A stretch of 38,741 bases of DNA from positions 1 to 38,741 of the forward strand of contig JAIRZE010000086.1 in the NCBI GenBank assembly GCA_031267375.1, read 5' to 3'. Positions 9,539-19,142 of this stretch are shown here, one piece after another. Numbering within the stretch: position 1 is the stretch's first letter; each line of letters begins with the position of its first letter. The notes beneath the pieces were generated by a model. That model had not been told where the DNA came from, did not search any database, and was given only the letters and a program-made list of their open reading frames with translations. This stretch comes from Rickettsiales bacterium (GTDB taxonomy: Bacteria > Pseudomonadota > Alphaproteobacteria > Rs-D84). The translations under genes were made by a program, and so were the position numbers.

Positions 9539-9566
9539 AAAAACACCCGCAAAAGCGGGTGTTTTT
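9539..9566. terminator. Bidirectional intrinsic terminator
   Basis: AAAAACACCCGC-AAAA-GCGGGTGTTTTT. Confidence 0.85.
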
Positions 9567-9600
9567 AATTGTTCGTAAACAGGGGCAAAATGAGGAAAAA

Positions 9601-10647
9601 ATGAAGTTTTATGAAATCTTAAATGAAGTTTTGATAAAGGTCAATTTGACGCAGAATCAGACACTAAAACCGTTTGGTTCCGGCAGTCCGGAAATATTGG
9701 AATTAATATCACTGTTGAATGACTTGCTTCGCTCGTTCCCTGTGCAAGAAAAAATAACAGAATGTCTGGATGTATGTAATTTTAGAGTTTATTCGCCTTG
9801 GACACAAGGCACGGAATACAAAGTTGGGGATTGTGTATCCGGAATGTACCTTGGCAAACCGGTAGCTTATCAGGTTTTGTCTGGCGGCATATCCAACACA
9901 GAGCCAAACGGCGGGGGTATATTCTCTATGAATGTGTCGCCAAATTGGATTGGCGGCACACTTGTGCAGAGTACACAGGAATATATCAACGATAAGAGCG
10001 CGTGGCGTCCGGTCAATACTATGGTTTGCGGTAATGTCGCACCCAGCGGCAAGCAAGCGGAGTTTGTAGACGATATCGGGTGTGTATGGGTTCGCATACG
10101 CGATGTTTTGTATTGGAAAAATCTGGGCCCGGAATATTGCTATCCACTGGATGTAATCGCCCCGAATTGCGCAACGATTGCACCCAACACACTTTACAAT
10201 AAAACCACCAACCGCCAACTGAAAGAAATCAGCGCCGCGCAGTGGCAATTTAATGCCGCTCACAATATAACCGCGGCAAATGCGTATTATTCCATTTTTA
10301 ACAAAGCAATTAACCTGTTTCCCGGTTTTTCACAAAGGGATGAAATATCGTTTATGTATTATCGCAAGGATCTGGTGCAGGACGCATACGGCGAGATTAA
10401 GGACAGGTTTACCGAAGATGATGACGAGCTGTTATACATTCCCGATCAATTGTTTATTTGGGGCGCGGCCGAGCTTTGGCTGAAAATGAAAGGCTTTGAT
10501 GCAACCTTTGCCGGTATGCGGCTGCACGATGAGTTGTTGCCGGCATACCGCGCGCGTCAGCAAAATACCCAAAGAATCAGCCTGTGCGGCGACGGACCCG
10601 CCGCGTCAATGGTTCCGGACGGAAATTGGAAAATAATAACGGATTAA
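9601..10647 (+). CDS. Head-tail adaptor (tail tubular A / gatekeeper-like) with an inserted carbohydrate-binding-like segment
   Basis: The likely start is ATG 9601 after a GAGGA RBS. C-terminal 'DDDELLYIPDQLFIWGAAELWLKMKGFD' is adaptor-like, and the gene precedes the nozzle gene. Confidence 0.7.
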   Translation: MKFYEILNEVLIKVNLTQNQTLKPFGSGSPEILELISLLNDLLRSFPVQEKITECLDVCNFRVYSPWTQGTEYKVGDCVSGMYLGKPVAYQVLSGGISNTEPNGGGIFSMNVSPNWIGGTLVQSTQEYINDKSAWRPVNTMVCGNVAPSGKQAEFVDDIGCVWVRIRDVLYWKNLGPEYCYPLDVIAPNCATIAPNTLYNKTTNRQLKEISAAQWQFNAAHNITAANAYYSIFNKAINLFPGFSQRDEISFMYYRKDLVQDAYGEIKDRFTEDDDELLYIPDQLFIWGAAELWLKMKGFDATFAGMRLHDELLPAYRARQQNTQRISLCGDGPAASMVPDGNWKIITD

Positions 10648-10650
10648 ACT

Positions 10651-12159
10651 ATGCGCTGGAAAGAATCTGCACCAATCAATGGATTAGATCTAAAATCTTT
10701 GAAATCGGAAGTCCAAGACGGCTTTGCATTGCAGCTGAATAACCTGCTGCCGGATTTTGGCGCGGTAAAGGTCAGGCGCGGTTATTTCCCACTGATTAAC
10801 TTTAATACGCTGATGCCCGTAACGCGCATTATGAAGTTTGCAGATGCAAAGCAAATGATATACGCGTCCGGCAGTCAGCTTTTTATAAACGGAAGCCCGA
10901 TTTACACGGGCGCACAATCCGATTACTGGGTGGAAGCTTACCTGAAACATAACCTGTACCTGTGCAATGGTTTTGACACGGCAAAAGTTTACAATGGCAC
11001 AGCAGTCAGCGATATAGGGTTTACGAATGCCCTGGTATCTATCCAGAATTACGCCTGGTGCGCGAATCTGAATGGCGAGATTGTTTTCGGGATGCCAAAT
11101 TCTTTGGATATTTATGCGCCCGGAGTCGGCGTGGTATCCGGGCCGCTGAATCTGTTCAGCCTTTCTCAGTACGCCAAGCGCGGCGGATATATCGTATGCG
11201 CGGTATCCTGGGGACGCGACGCGTCCGACGGGTTTCATTCATATTCCGGCTTTTATACATCCGAGGGCGAGCTGATAGTTTATGAGGGCGCGGGATTCGG
11301 CGACGCGTCCGGCGATGTGTCGCTGGTGGGTAATTTTTATATCGGCCGCCCGCTGGGGCCGCGGCCGTACATAAATTACGGCGCGGAAATAATATTCATA
11401 ACCCAATCCGGGCTGATGCCGATGTCCGCAATCGTTGCAAACGGCGAAGTCATTAAGCGGTCTGATTTGTTCAGCGATTTAATCAACAATCTGTTCGCTG
11501 ACGGACCAAACAGCCAAGAATGGTGCGCGCATATTTCGCCAAAACAAAATATTGCCATTTTCAACCTGCCGGCCGAATATGGCAACCGCCAAGCGGTTAT
11601 GAACATAAACACCGGCGCGTGGAGTACTTTCAGCGGCTTTGATGCGCTGGATTTTGCTGATGATTTTGACGGCAACCTACTGATTGCAGGGCGCGACGGC
11701 ACGGTGTATCAATACGGCGGCCTTTCCGATAACGGCGGCCAAATTGAAACAACAATTCAATTCCGCTATTCAAAATGCGGCACTGATTATAATAAGCTGT
11801 TTAAGCTATTCGGCCTACGGTTGGAATCATCGGACGAGATTCGGCCGACATTTACGGTTGCAAAAGATTACTTGGATAAAACGCTGGGGTTTTCCGAATC
11901 CGCGGGCAATACCGGCAATGACTGGGCTATAACCGATGACCCGAATCCCGCGCTGGCAGATCCGACAGATCCGTCAGTTGGAATATTCTGGGACAGCGAA
12001 AAGTGGGGCGGCCTTTATCCGAAAGAGCTTTATAAATGGCATTCAATATCCGGATACGGACAGGCGCTGTCTGTAATTTGCAATATATCAACAAAAGATA
12101 TTGATTATAAAATTTATGAAAATCTTTATGAATTTGAAGTGTCAAGGGGCAAGTTATGA
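10651..12159 (+). CDS. Tail nozzle / stabilisation protein (tail tubular B, P22 gp10-like)
   Basis: 'APINGLD...ALQLNNLLPDFGAVKVRRGY' start, followed by ~500 aa of beta-propeller-like sequence. Confidence 0.82.
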   Translation: MRWKESAPINGLDLKSLKSEVQDGFALQLNNLLPDFGAVKVRRGYFPLINFNTLMPVTRIMKFADAKQMIYASGSQLFINGSPIYTGAQSDYWVEAYLKHNLYLCNGFDTAKVYNGTAVSDIGFTNALVSIQNYAWCANLNGEIVFGMPNSLDIYAPGVGVVSGPLNLFSLSQYAKRGGYIVCAVSWGRDASDGFHSYSGFYTSEGELIVYEGAGFGDASGDVSLVGNFYIGRPLGPRPYINYGAEIIFITQSGLMPMSAIVANGEVIKRSDLFSDLINNLFADGPNSQEWCAHISPKQNIAIFNLPAEYGNRQAVMNINTGAWSTFSGFDALDFADDFDGNLLIAGRDGTVYQYGGLSDNGGQIETTIQFRYSKCGTDYNKLFKLFGLRLESSDEIRPTFTVAKDYLDKTLGFSESAGNTGNDWAITDDPNPALADPTDPSVGIFWDSEKWGGLYPKELYKWHSISGYGQALSVICNISTKDIDYKIYENLYEFEVSRGKL

Positions 12160-12599
12160 GATTAACATACTATGCCTATCCCAATGGCGCCGTGTTTTTT
12201 AATTGGTGCAACAAGAAATTAAAGGGCAGATTAACGCAGTATAATTTTGTGCTTGCAATACAAGAAGAATCTGGTAAGATAAAAGGCGTAGTGGTTCTTA
12301 CCACATTTCCGCATAATCTGTATATAGACTGTGCTGGAATAGGAATGTGGCTGACACGCGACATTCTGAACAATATATTTAATTTCTGTTTCAAAAATTT
12401 ATCCTATAAAAGAATAACAGCCCTGACCAGTGCCAAGAATCACCGGGTGCACAAGTTTATATCGCGCCTGGGGTTTCGGCGCGAAGCTGTTCAAAAATAT
12501 GCTTGGGACGGGGAAATAGCTATGTGGACATTCGGTTTAGTTTGGGAAAACTGGTGCGCCACAAAATTTTATAAAAAAGGAAGAAAAAATGCCGGTTAA
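12156..12599 (+). CDS. GNAT-family acetyltransferase-like protein of the podovirus tail module
   Basis: 'RITALTSAKNHRVHKFISRLGFRREA' is a GNAT C-terminal motif; lies between nozzle and fibre genes. Confidence 0.75.
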   Translation: MRLTYYAYPNGAVFFNWCNKKLKGRLTQYNFVLAIQEESGKIKGVVVLTTFPHNLYIDCAGIGMWLTRDILNNIFNFCFKNLSYKRITALTSAKNHRVHKFISRLGFRREAVQKYAWDGEIAMWTFGLVWENWCATKFYKKGRKNAG

Positions 12600-14046
12600 C
12601 GCCAATACTGGAATTTTTACGAAAATTTATACCTGGGTGCAGGATGCGCTGAATGGCGTTAAAATTTCTGCGAACAGATTTGACGCGCAAGAAAATGATA
12701 TAGCAAACGCTATAAACGCCCAAATGGACCGGGCGGGAAAAAAAAGACCCACGGCAGATTGGGATATGAATCAGTTTAAGCTGACCAACCTGCGGCCGGG
12801 AAGCAATACAAACGATGGCGCGACATACGGCCAGATTCAAGCATTGCTCGCGCGGCACGCGTCCACGACGGCATTCGGCAATATTATGTTAGCGACTTTG
12901 GCTGAGGGGTTAGCCGGAACAGATACCCAGAAAGCCATTACGCCGAACATACTAAAAATGGTAGTGGATTACATATCAAATCAGCAGAATTCATTGCCGC
13001 CGAATTATGTCTGGGGGTTCGCAAATAACATCAATGATCAAATCAGATACAACTTGTTTCCCGGGGCGGGGTATGATTCAGCTGGTCAAAATCAGATTGT
13101 TTTACCGAGCAATATAACAAAGGATACAACCATAGTTTGGTCCGAGGGGAATAATGGCGGAACTTTGCCGTCCAGCATATCTAATATAAGCGGCAGATTT
13201 TATTTGTTTGTGATTTCAAAAGTAAATTCGCCTGCCACACCGGGAAAGCTGACAACGACAGATATTTCTGCTAATATTACGAATTTTCAACAATGCACAA
13301 ATGGTGCGATAAATATCAATGTGGACGGTATAGATTATCAATTGACGGGGTTAAATTTTTCCACGGTCGGCACTGTGGCGGATATTGCGATGATAATAAA
13401 CGGAGTTTTGCAGCATTCGTCAATAGTTGCAAATGGAAACACCTTAGTATGGTCCAGCAATAAGACCGGATCGCAAAGTTCTGTATCAATCAGTTCCGCG
13501 GCATCTGGCACCGATTTATATGGGGCTGCGTATTTGAATGGCGCGGATGCAACAACCACCGACGGTTATGATGTGGCTTTTGGCACATCTGACAGCGGAA
13601 TAGACATAGATCCCAATGCGTCCAATTTAATGGCTACATCCGGGGCCCCGTATGTTGCGGGATACAGATATTTCAAACTTATAGGCATTGGAAATCTTAA
13701 TAATGGCCAGATTTCCGGGCTGGATTCGCTGGTGGCGCCGCAGTTCCAGCGCCCGTCTGTGGGGCTGGGTACAATATCCGGAACAGTCAGCCTGCGCGAG
13801 GGTGTTAATTATACAGCGACAATCGGAGGCGAGACATTTTTCGCCTTACCCCCGATCGCCGCGCACAATACGATAATAAATATGACCGTGGCTATGGATC
13901 AAAATAATAGCGCGGTTGATATTGGCACAGAAACTTACTTTAACAGCGCGCCGCCCGCAACAATTGCGGGCGCTATATATGATTGTTTTTGGCAATACGA
14001 CACACTTATTGGCAAATGGAAATTCGGCAGAGTTTGGGTGGTATAA
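12589..14046 (+). CDS. Tail fibre protein
   Basis: Virion-attachment-like N-terminus; fibre repeat 'ASTTAFGNIMLATLAEGLAGTDTQKAITP'; Gly/Ser/Thr/Asn-rich body. Confidence 0.8.
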   Translation: MPVNANTGIFTKIYTWVQDALNGVKISANRFDAQENDIANAINAQMDRAGKKRPTADWDMNQFKLTNLRPGSNTNDGATYGQIQALLARHASTTAFGNIMLATLAEGLAGTDTQKAITPNILKMVVDYISNQQNSLPPNYVWGFANNINDQIRYNLFPGAGYDSAGQNQIVLPSNITKDTTIVWSEGNNGGTLPSSISNISGRFYLFVISKVNSPATPGKLTTTDISANITNFQQCTNGAININVDGIDYQLTGLNFSTVGTVADIAMIINGVLQHSSIVANGNTLVWSSNKTGSQSSVSISSAASGTDLYGAAYLNGADATTTDGYDVAFGTSDSGIDIDPNASNLMATSGAPYVAGYRYFKLIGIGNLNNGQISGLDSLVAPQFQRPSVGLGTISGTVSLREGVNYTATIGGETFFALPPIAAHNTIINMTVAMDQNNSAVDIGTETYFNSAPPATIAGAIYDCFWQYDTLIGKWKFGRVWVV

Positions 14047-14856
14047 ATGATAGAAAAAAAGCTGTTTCTTAATCAACCGGCTGCGAACGATATTTTGGTG
14101 GCAATATCCGGCGCAAGTCAGTTTACGGATATGTCCCGCGTATTCGCGCCCGGCATTTATGAAATGTCCATAGGCGGCGGATCCGGTCAAAATGTAAACG
14201 GCACAAGCTTTGTTCAGCAATTCAGTGTCAGCGATTACTTTTATTTTAATGCGTATTGCGGCAGCAATAATACAGATCCGCGGATTGGGGGTACTAATCC
14301 GTATGCTGGACAATTTAAGGCGAATTCAGTGCTGAGATACAGCGGAGTGTTTGGCGGAAATGGCGAAAGCGACGGCATATTCGGGGGCGCTGGCGGTATA
14401 GGCGAAGATCAAGGCAAGCAACTTGGCGGTGGCGGCGGCAATGCGCTGGGGAATGCTTATTCTATAGGTGGCTATAACGCCGCCGACGGATCTGGCGGCG
14501 CAGGCAGCGCGGCGCACTGTATGCCGCTTACCAAATCGGATGGCGTCAGTCTTCCGGAATTTGGCGTTGATTATTTAAGGTGCTTTCACTGCGGCGGCGC
14601 GGGCGGCCGCGGTAATAGCTGGTCATACGGCGGCGGTGGCGGCGCTTATGGAAACGGAGCGCAAGGCAATGGGGCAAATGGTCTGAGTTATATAGGTGGT
14701 ATTGGCACCGGTGGCACCGAAATTGGAGCCGCATCAGGCGTTAGTGCGGGCAAGGCGTGGTTTGATGGCGCAAGCTGGATAGATTTGGGTGTAGGCAATT
14801 CAAGCGCCGCGCCTGTGCAAACAATTAAACTGAAATTTATTTCAAGCGTGGTTTAG
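14047..14856 (+). CDS. Glycine-rich fibre-associated/adhesin-like protein
   Basis: Numerous GGAGG/GGGGG tracts; abuts the fibre gene. Confidence 0.6.
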   Translation: MIEKKLFLNQPAANDILVAISGASQFTDMSRVFAPGIYEMSIGGGSGQNVNGTSFVQQFSVSDYFYFNAYCGSNNTDPRIGGTNPYAGQFKANSVLRYSGVFGGNGESDGIFGGAGGIGEDQGKQLGGGGGNALGNAYSIGGYNAADGSGGAGSAAHCMPLTKSDGVSLPEFGVDYLRCFHCGGAGGRGNSWSYGGGGGAYGNGAQGNGANGLSYIGGIGTGGTEIGAASGVSAGKAWFDGASWIDLGVGNSSAAPVQTIKLKFISSVV

Positions 14857-14865
14857 GAGAAAAAA

Positions 14866-15591
14866 ATGGGAAAAAGTCCAAGTATACCGACATACGATAC
14901 AGCGGCAGCGCAGAATGAGCAAATCTGGGCGGCCGATCAGAATCGTAAATACGGGCAAGTAAATTACAACGGATTGCAGGGTGGATATTCGTATCAAACC
15001 AATCCGGACGGAACGCAAACATTGGTTCAGAACGCATCATCGGCCGACAAAGCGCGGCAGAATCTGCAATCGCAATACCTTTCAGGTGTTGATCCGACAG
15101 AGTTATCAAACTTTAATGTAGATCCCAGTGTTGGGGCGAATGCGTACTGGAACGAGCAGATGACATATATGCAGCCCCAGTTCCAGCGCCAGACAAACGA
15201 TATTATAACTAATTTAGAAAAGCGCGGGATTCCGGCGGGTAGCCCACAGTTTAACCAAGCGATGCAAGAAGTCGCGGATGCCCAGAACCGGAGTATGGCG
15301 ACAACATCCGCAGGCGCGGTATCGGCCGGCCAGCAATATCAGACAAACGCCCTTAATAATATAATCAATAAGCAGGGGGCGCAGACTGGCGCAGCCGGAA
15401 GCTTGGCAAGCCAGATGTACCAAGTTAATCCATACAGCGGCACAGGCGGCACATTTGGCGGCACATACGACAGTCTGTACAACAGCCAAGTCCAGCAGGC
15501 CCAGCTGAAAGCCCAGCAACAAAACGCAATTATGGGTATGGTTGGTAGTATTGCTGGCGCAGGCGCCGGGGCTTTAACAGGGAGATTTTGA
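14866..15591 (+). CDS. DNA ejection (internal virion) protein 1
   Basis: MGKSPSIP start, Q/N/A-rich, C-terminal 'MGMVGSIAGAGAGAL' typical of P22 gp7-like pilot proteins. Confidence 0.72.
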   Translation: MGKSPSIPTYDTAAAQNEQIWAADQNRKYGQVNYNGLQGGYSYQTNPDGTQTLVQNASSADKARQNLQSQYLSGVDPTELSNFNVDPSVGANAYWNEQMTYMQPQFQRQTNDIITNLEKRGIPAGSPQFNQAMQEVADAQNRSMATTSAGAVSAGQQYQTNALNNIINKQGAQTGAAGSLASQMYQVNPYSGTGGTFGGTYDSLYNSQVQQAQLKAQQQNAIMGMVGSIAGAGAGALTGRF

Positions 15592-15592
15592 T

Positions 15593-16513
15593 ATGAATCC
15601 GCAAACAGGAACCAATATATCGGTAGGCAACGCATTGCCGCAATCAATCGTGCCGGTTAGCAATTACACTCAGACACGATTACAGCCGTCGCTGGTGCAA
15701 CTTCTGAAAGAGCAACGCGATAAAATGACGGCCGGCCGTCAAGCGTATTCAGATGCGCGCGCCGCCGCTGAACCGGGTTATGTAGGTAGATTAAGTTCTG
15801 CGCTTAGCAACATAAAGCCGATTAATGACCCAATGGCAAATCCATTAGCCACGGCGCTAAGCAACTTTGGCGCGGCATTTGGTCAAACCCAACAGGCCGA
15901 GCAAAAGCGGATTGAAGCATCAGCGGATAAAGATTATATGGCGCTTCTTAAAGAAGCCGAGCAAGAAATGGATATGGCAAAGATTTTGGCGCAAGAAACG
16001 AATAAATTGGAAAATACCAATATGAAAGTTAATGACGGCGCCAACAGGGGCCCGAATCTGGGCACCGCCGCATTCTTTTTGGATCCAAAAATTAACGAAG
16101 ATATGGCGCTTTTGAACACCCAAGCGGGCCGGTGGGACACTAATAAATTTGATCCGACCGACAAGAATCAAGGCTGGTGGTCGCGGCAAGGCGTGGTAGC
16201 TATGCCTGGCAAAGATTACGGCATATCCAGTAGTGATAATGATGAGCGCGCGCGAAAATATCAAGAATGGTCAAATAAGGCGACGCAGAATTTTCAGTCC
16301 GATTTGAAAAGAATTTACGGAAGCCAGTTATCGGATGCAGAATCAAAACGATTTTTTGACACACTGGGCATAAGCCCGGTTATAGATCCGGCAGTGCGAC
16401 AAAGCCTTTATGATCAAGCTGTGGAGCGGTGGGCCTTGGAAAACGGATTACCGCCACCACAAAAGAACAATATAAATAAACCAGCAGGATTTGTAATTGA
16501 ACAGGTGCAATAA
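15593..16513 (+). CDS. DNA ejection protein 2
   Basis: Helical, Q/A-rich; second of three tandem large genes. Confidence 0.62.
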   Translation: MNPQTGTNISVGNALPQSIVPVSNYTQTRLQPSLVQLLKEQRDKMTAGRQAYSDARAAAEPGYVGRLSSALSNIKPINDPMANPLATALSNFGAAFGQTQQAEQKRIEASADKDYMALLKEAEQEMDMAKILAQETNKLENTNMKVNDGANRGPNLGTAAFFLDPKINEDMALLNTQAGRWDTNKFDPTDKNQGWWSRQGVVAMPGKDYGISSSDNDERARKYQEWSNKATQNFQSDLKRIYGSQLSDAESKRFFDTLGISPVIDPAVRQSLYDQAVERWALENGLPPPQKNNINKPAGFVIEQVQ

Positions 16514-18795
16514 TGCCAAGATATAAAATAACATCGCCGGACGGCCGCGTCATAACTGTCAGTGGGGATCACGCGCCGACAGAATCAGATGCTGCGCAGA
16601 TCTTTGCGACGCTGCCGCCAAAGTCGGATTTCCCAGCGGACAAAATCGCGGCCGCCCAGGATGCCGTAAATGCGCTTAAAAAAGAACAGCAATCTGAAAC
16701 CCGTCCAATATCCGGGATTGCAAATTTCTTTACAAAAAATATCGGCGGCCGCCTGATAACCGCAGGTTTGCAAGGCTTGAACAAGGGCAATCCGATGACC
16801 GGATTCGGAATGATTGGCCCGGACGATGTAATCCGGCCGGAAAATATGGCAGAGCGAGCCCTGCAAACCGCAGCGGAATTTGCCACGCCGGCCGGCATAT
16901 CGGCCAAAGCAATGGGCGCGATTGCAAAGGCGCCAAAAATAGCCGGTGCGCTGGCCAAGTCAAAGGTTGGACGCTTTGCCGCGAATGTGTTGACCCCGGC
17001 GGCAATGCCATTAGAATACGCTGGCGCTGCCGCTGGCGGCGCACTGACCGGTGCGGCAGATCCAGAAGACACAATAGGTAAAATCGCAACCGGCGTTGTC
17101 GGCGGCGGACTGGGCGCGGCGGGATTAGCCGCCGTTAATCGCGGCGCGGTTGGTATTGGAAAAAATATAATTGGCAAAACCACTCTCTCAGAAGCTCTGA
17201 GAGACGCAGAAAGAAATACAAAGCCCAGATTTTACGATAAATTGCTGGGCGAAAACGCAATGACCCGCCGGGAGCTGGAAGAAGTCCCGTTTGGACAATT
17301 GTCGCAAGCAAGATTGGATGAGTTAAACGGATTGCGAAATCTTAATAGCTTGATAAAAGTAGATAATGGGCGTATTTCTGTACCGTCAGATCGGGTAAAA
17401 CATCTTTATGAATCAAGATCGGTTGACCCAAATTATTCCCCGCGCAAGTTATCTGAAATTATAAATGACGCCATATATAGCGATAATAGCATTATGTCAA
17501 GGCAGGCCGGTAAGCATTTTGACACGATAGCTTTTATAAATAAAGAATCCACGCCAAAAGATATAGCCTATGTAGGTGCGCGCGACAACAAGAACATAAT
17601 TGTTTCAGGGCAAAAAATGCGGGCCAGTAATATAAAGGCCCGCCAATATATTGACTTGGATGGGCGGCCGTCCGTCCCGTCTGAATCACTTTCGCAATCC
17701 CAACTTAAAGGGCCTATTGGTCAAGTCAATAATATTATAAATCAAACCCCGACAAATGTCAAGCCATTGCTTTCGGATATTATATCTGATCGCAAAGCTT
17801 ATTCGGCTTTGCAAAAAGGTATTCATTCTAGTGAGAATTTTTCCAATGATATTCAGTATGAAATCGCGCCCGAATTGCGCAATTCAAGCGAGCGCGTAAA
17901 AAAAGGCGTATTTGACATCCTAAATAAGCCACAATATGACAAAAACAGCAAATTAATATCAGAGCAATTTTCCAATGTCGGCGATATATATAAGGATTTC
18001 TTAAAGCAATACGGTGATGAAAGAATTGATAAAAGCAAGGTGGAATACCTGCGGTCCGGTTATTCTAATATATCAAAAATGTTCAAAAATGTGCGGGCAA
18101 ATAATCCGCATTTGAAAAAGTATCCGGAAAATTCTCTGGCATTTTTGCAAAAAGTAAGCAGTAATCTTAAAGAGGATTTGCGACGCGCCGGCAGCAACGC
18201 TACAGGCACAAATATAAAAAATTTGAAAGCTGCAAATTCACAACTTGACAAGCTGATAGATGAAAGATTTGCAGGCCACGAATATATAGATAAAGCATAT
18301 CGCCGGACGATACGCCAAATGCAGTTAATGGACGAGCTTTCCGAGCTGCCCGGAAGTGAACTTTCTGATTTTGCAAAAAAAATAAATACGCGCGAAAATC
18401 AAAGTTTAATAAGCGAACTTTTTGGACCGGAAACATCCGAAGAATTTGCGAAGTATATGCGACAGGAATCACAGAATTTTGACCGCCTTAAAAATTTGAA
18501 TGCGCGCGCCGAATCCAAGATGTCGCAGGTTGGTATCCCTAAACCATTATGGCGTGAATCTGCTGAAACAATTGGATCTGCTCTGGGGACAATAGCTGAT
18601 TTTGGATACAACGCAGCCGTGCGTAAAGCGCGCACAAAATTTGCACAGGATTTAGTATCCGGCAAAAAAACACCTGATGATATTTTTCAACTTTCAAAAT
18701 TTCTTAAACAAAAAACCGCATCTGCGCCCGCCGGCATTAAAACCCTGGCGCCGCGCCTGATGCTTTCTGATTACCTGAACCAAGAGGATAAATAA
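16513..18795 (+). CDS. DNA ejection protein 3 (large), with a possible central cargo domain
   Basis: 'MPRYKITSPDGRVITV' start and Ala/Gly-rich membrane-like segments; 760 aa. Confidence 0.68.
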   Translation: MPRYKITSPDGRVITVSGDHAPTESDAAQIFATLPPKSDFPADKIAAAQDAVNALKKEQQSETRPISGIANFFTKNIGGRLITAGLQGLNKGNPMTGFGMIGPDDVIRPENMAERALQTAAEFATPAGISAKAMGAIAKAPKIAGALAKSKVGRFAANVLTPAAMPLEYAGAAAGGALTGAADPEDTIGKIATGVVGGGLGAAGLAAVNRGAVGIGKNIIGKTTLSEALRDAERNTKPRFYDKLLGENAMTRRELEEVPFGQLSQARLDELNGLRNLNSLIKVDNGRISVPSDRVKHLYESRSVDPNYSPRKLSEIINDAIYSDNSIMSRQAGKHFDTIAFINKESTPKDIAYVGARDNKNIIVSGQKMRASNIKARQYIDLDGRPSVPSESLSQSQLKGPIGQVNNIINQTPTNVKPLLSDIISDRKAYSALQKGIHSSENFSNDIQYEIAPELRNSSERVKKGVFDILNKPQYDKNSKLISEQFSNVGDIYKDFLKQYGDERIDKSKVEYLRSGYSNISKMFKNVRANNPHLKKYPENSLAFLQKVSSNLKEDLRRAGSNATGTNIKNLKAANSQLDKLIDERFAGHEYIDKAYRRTIRQMQLMDELSELPGSELSDFAKKINTRENQSLISELFGPETSEEFAKYMRQESQNFDRLKNLNARAESKMSQVGIPKPLWRESAETIGSALGTIADFGYNAAVRKARTKFAQDLVSGKKTPDDIFQLSKFLKQKTASAPAGIKTLAPRLMLSDYLNQEDK

Positions 18796-19142
18796 TGGCG
18801 GAAAAAATCAACTCTAAAGAAGAAAATTTGAAATGGGCAAAAGAAACTGTTGCTGCCAGAATTGCTGAAAATCTGATCAAGGAATCAGAATCAATTAAAG
18901 AATATCTGCCTTTGATCCAAATATTGGAAGATAATAATTTTAAGGGCGGCGCCCGGATGATTCGCGAAATTATCGCGGACGAGAAAAATCACATAATCCT
19001 ACTTATGGGGTTAATTCGCGAATTTGACGGCAATATTCCAAATTCCAACCGCCGCCGACTACGTGGAACAGGCGTTAAAACAAATCAGAACCAACTTACA
19101 GGAAGAATAAATGCCAATAGACACAATACTAAGTCGGGATAA
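18795..19142 (+). CDS. Half-ferritin (ExxY...DExxH) protein with an apparently frameshifted C-terminus
   Basis: 'KESESIKEY...IIADEKNH'. A tandem ATTCCAA x2 at 19035-19048 shifts the frame away from a TAA at 19108-19110 that abuts the next ATG. Confidence 0.6.
   Translation: MAEKINSKEENLKWAKETVAARIAENLIKESESIKEYLPLIQILEDNNFKGGARMIREIIADEKNHIILLMGLIREFDGNIPNSNRRRLRGTGVKTNQNQLTGRINANRHNTKSG
19035..19048 (+). repeat. 7-nt tandem duplication ATTCCAA x2
   Basis: Read directly from the sequence. Confidence 0.9.
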
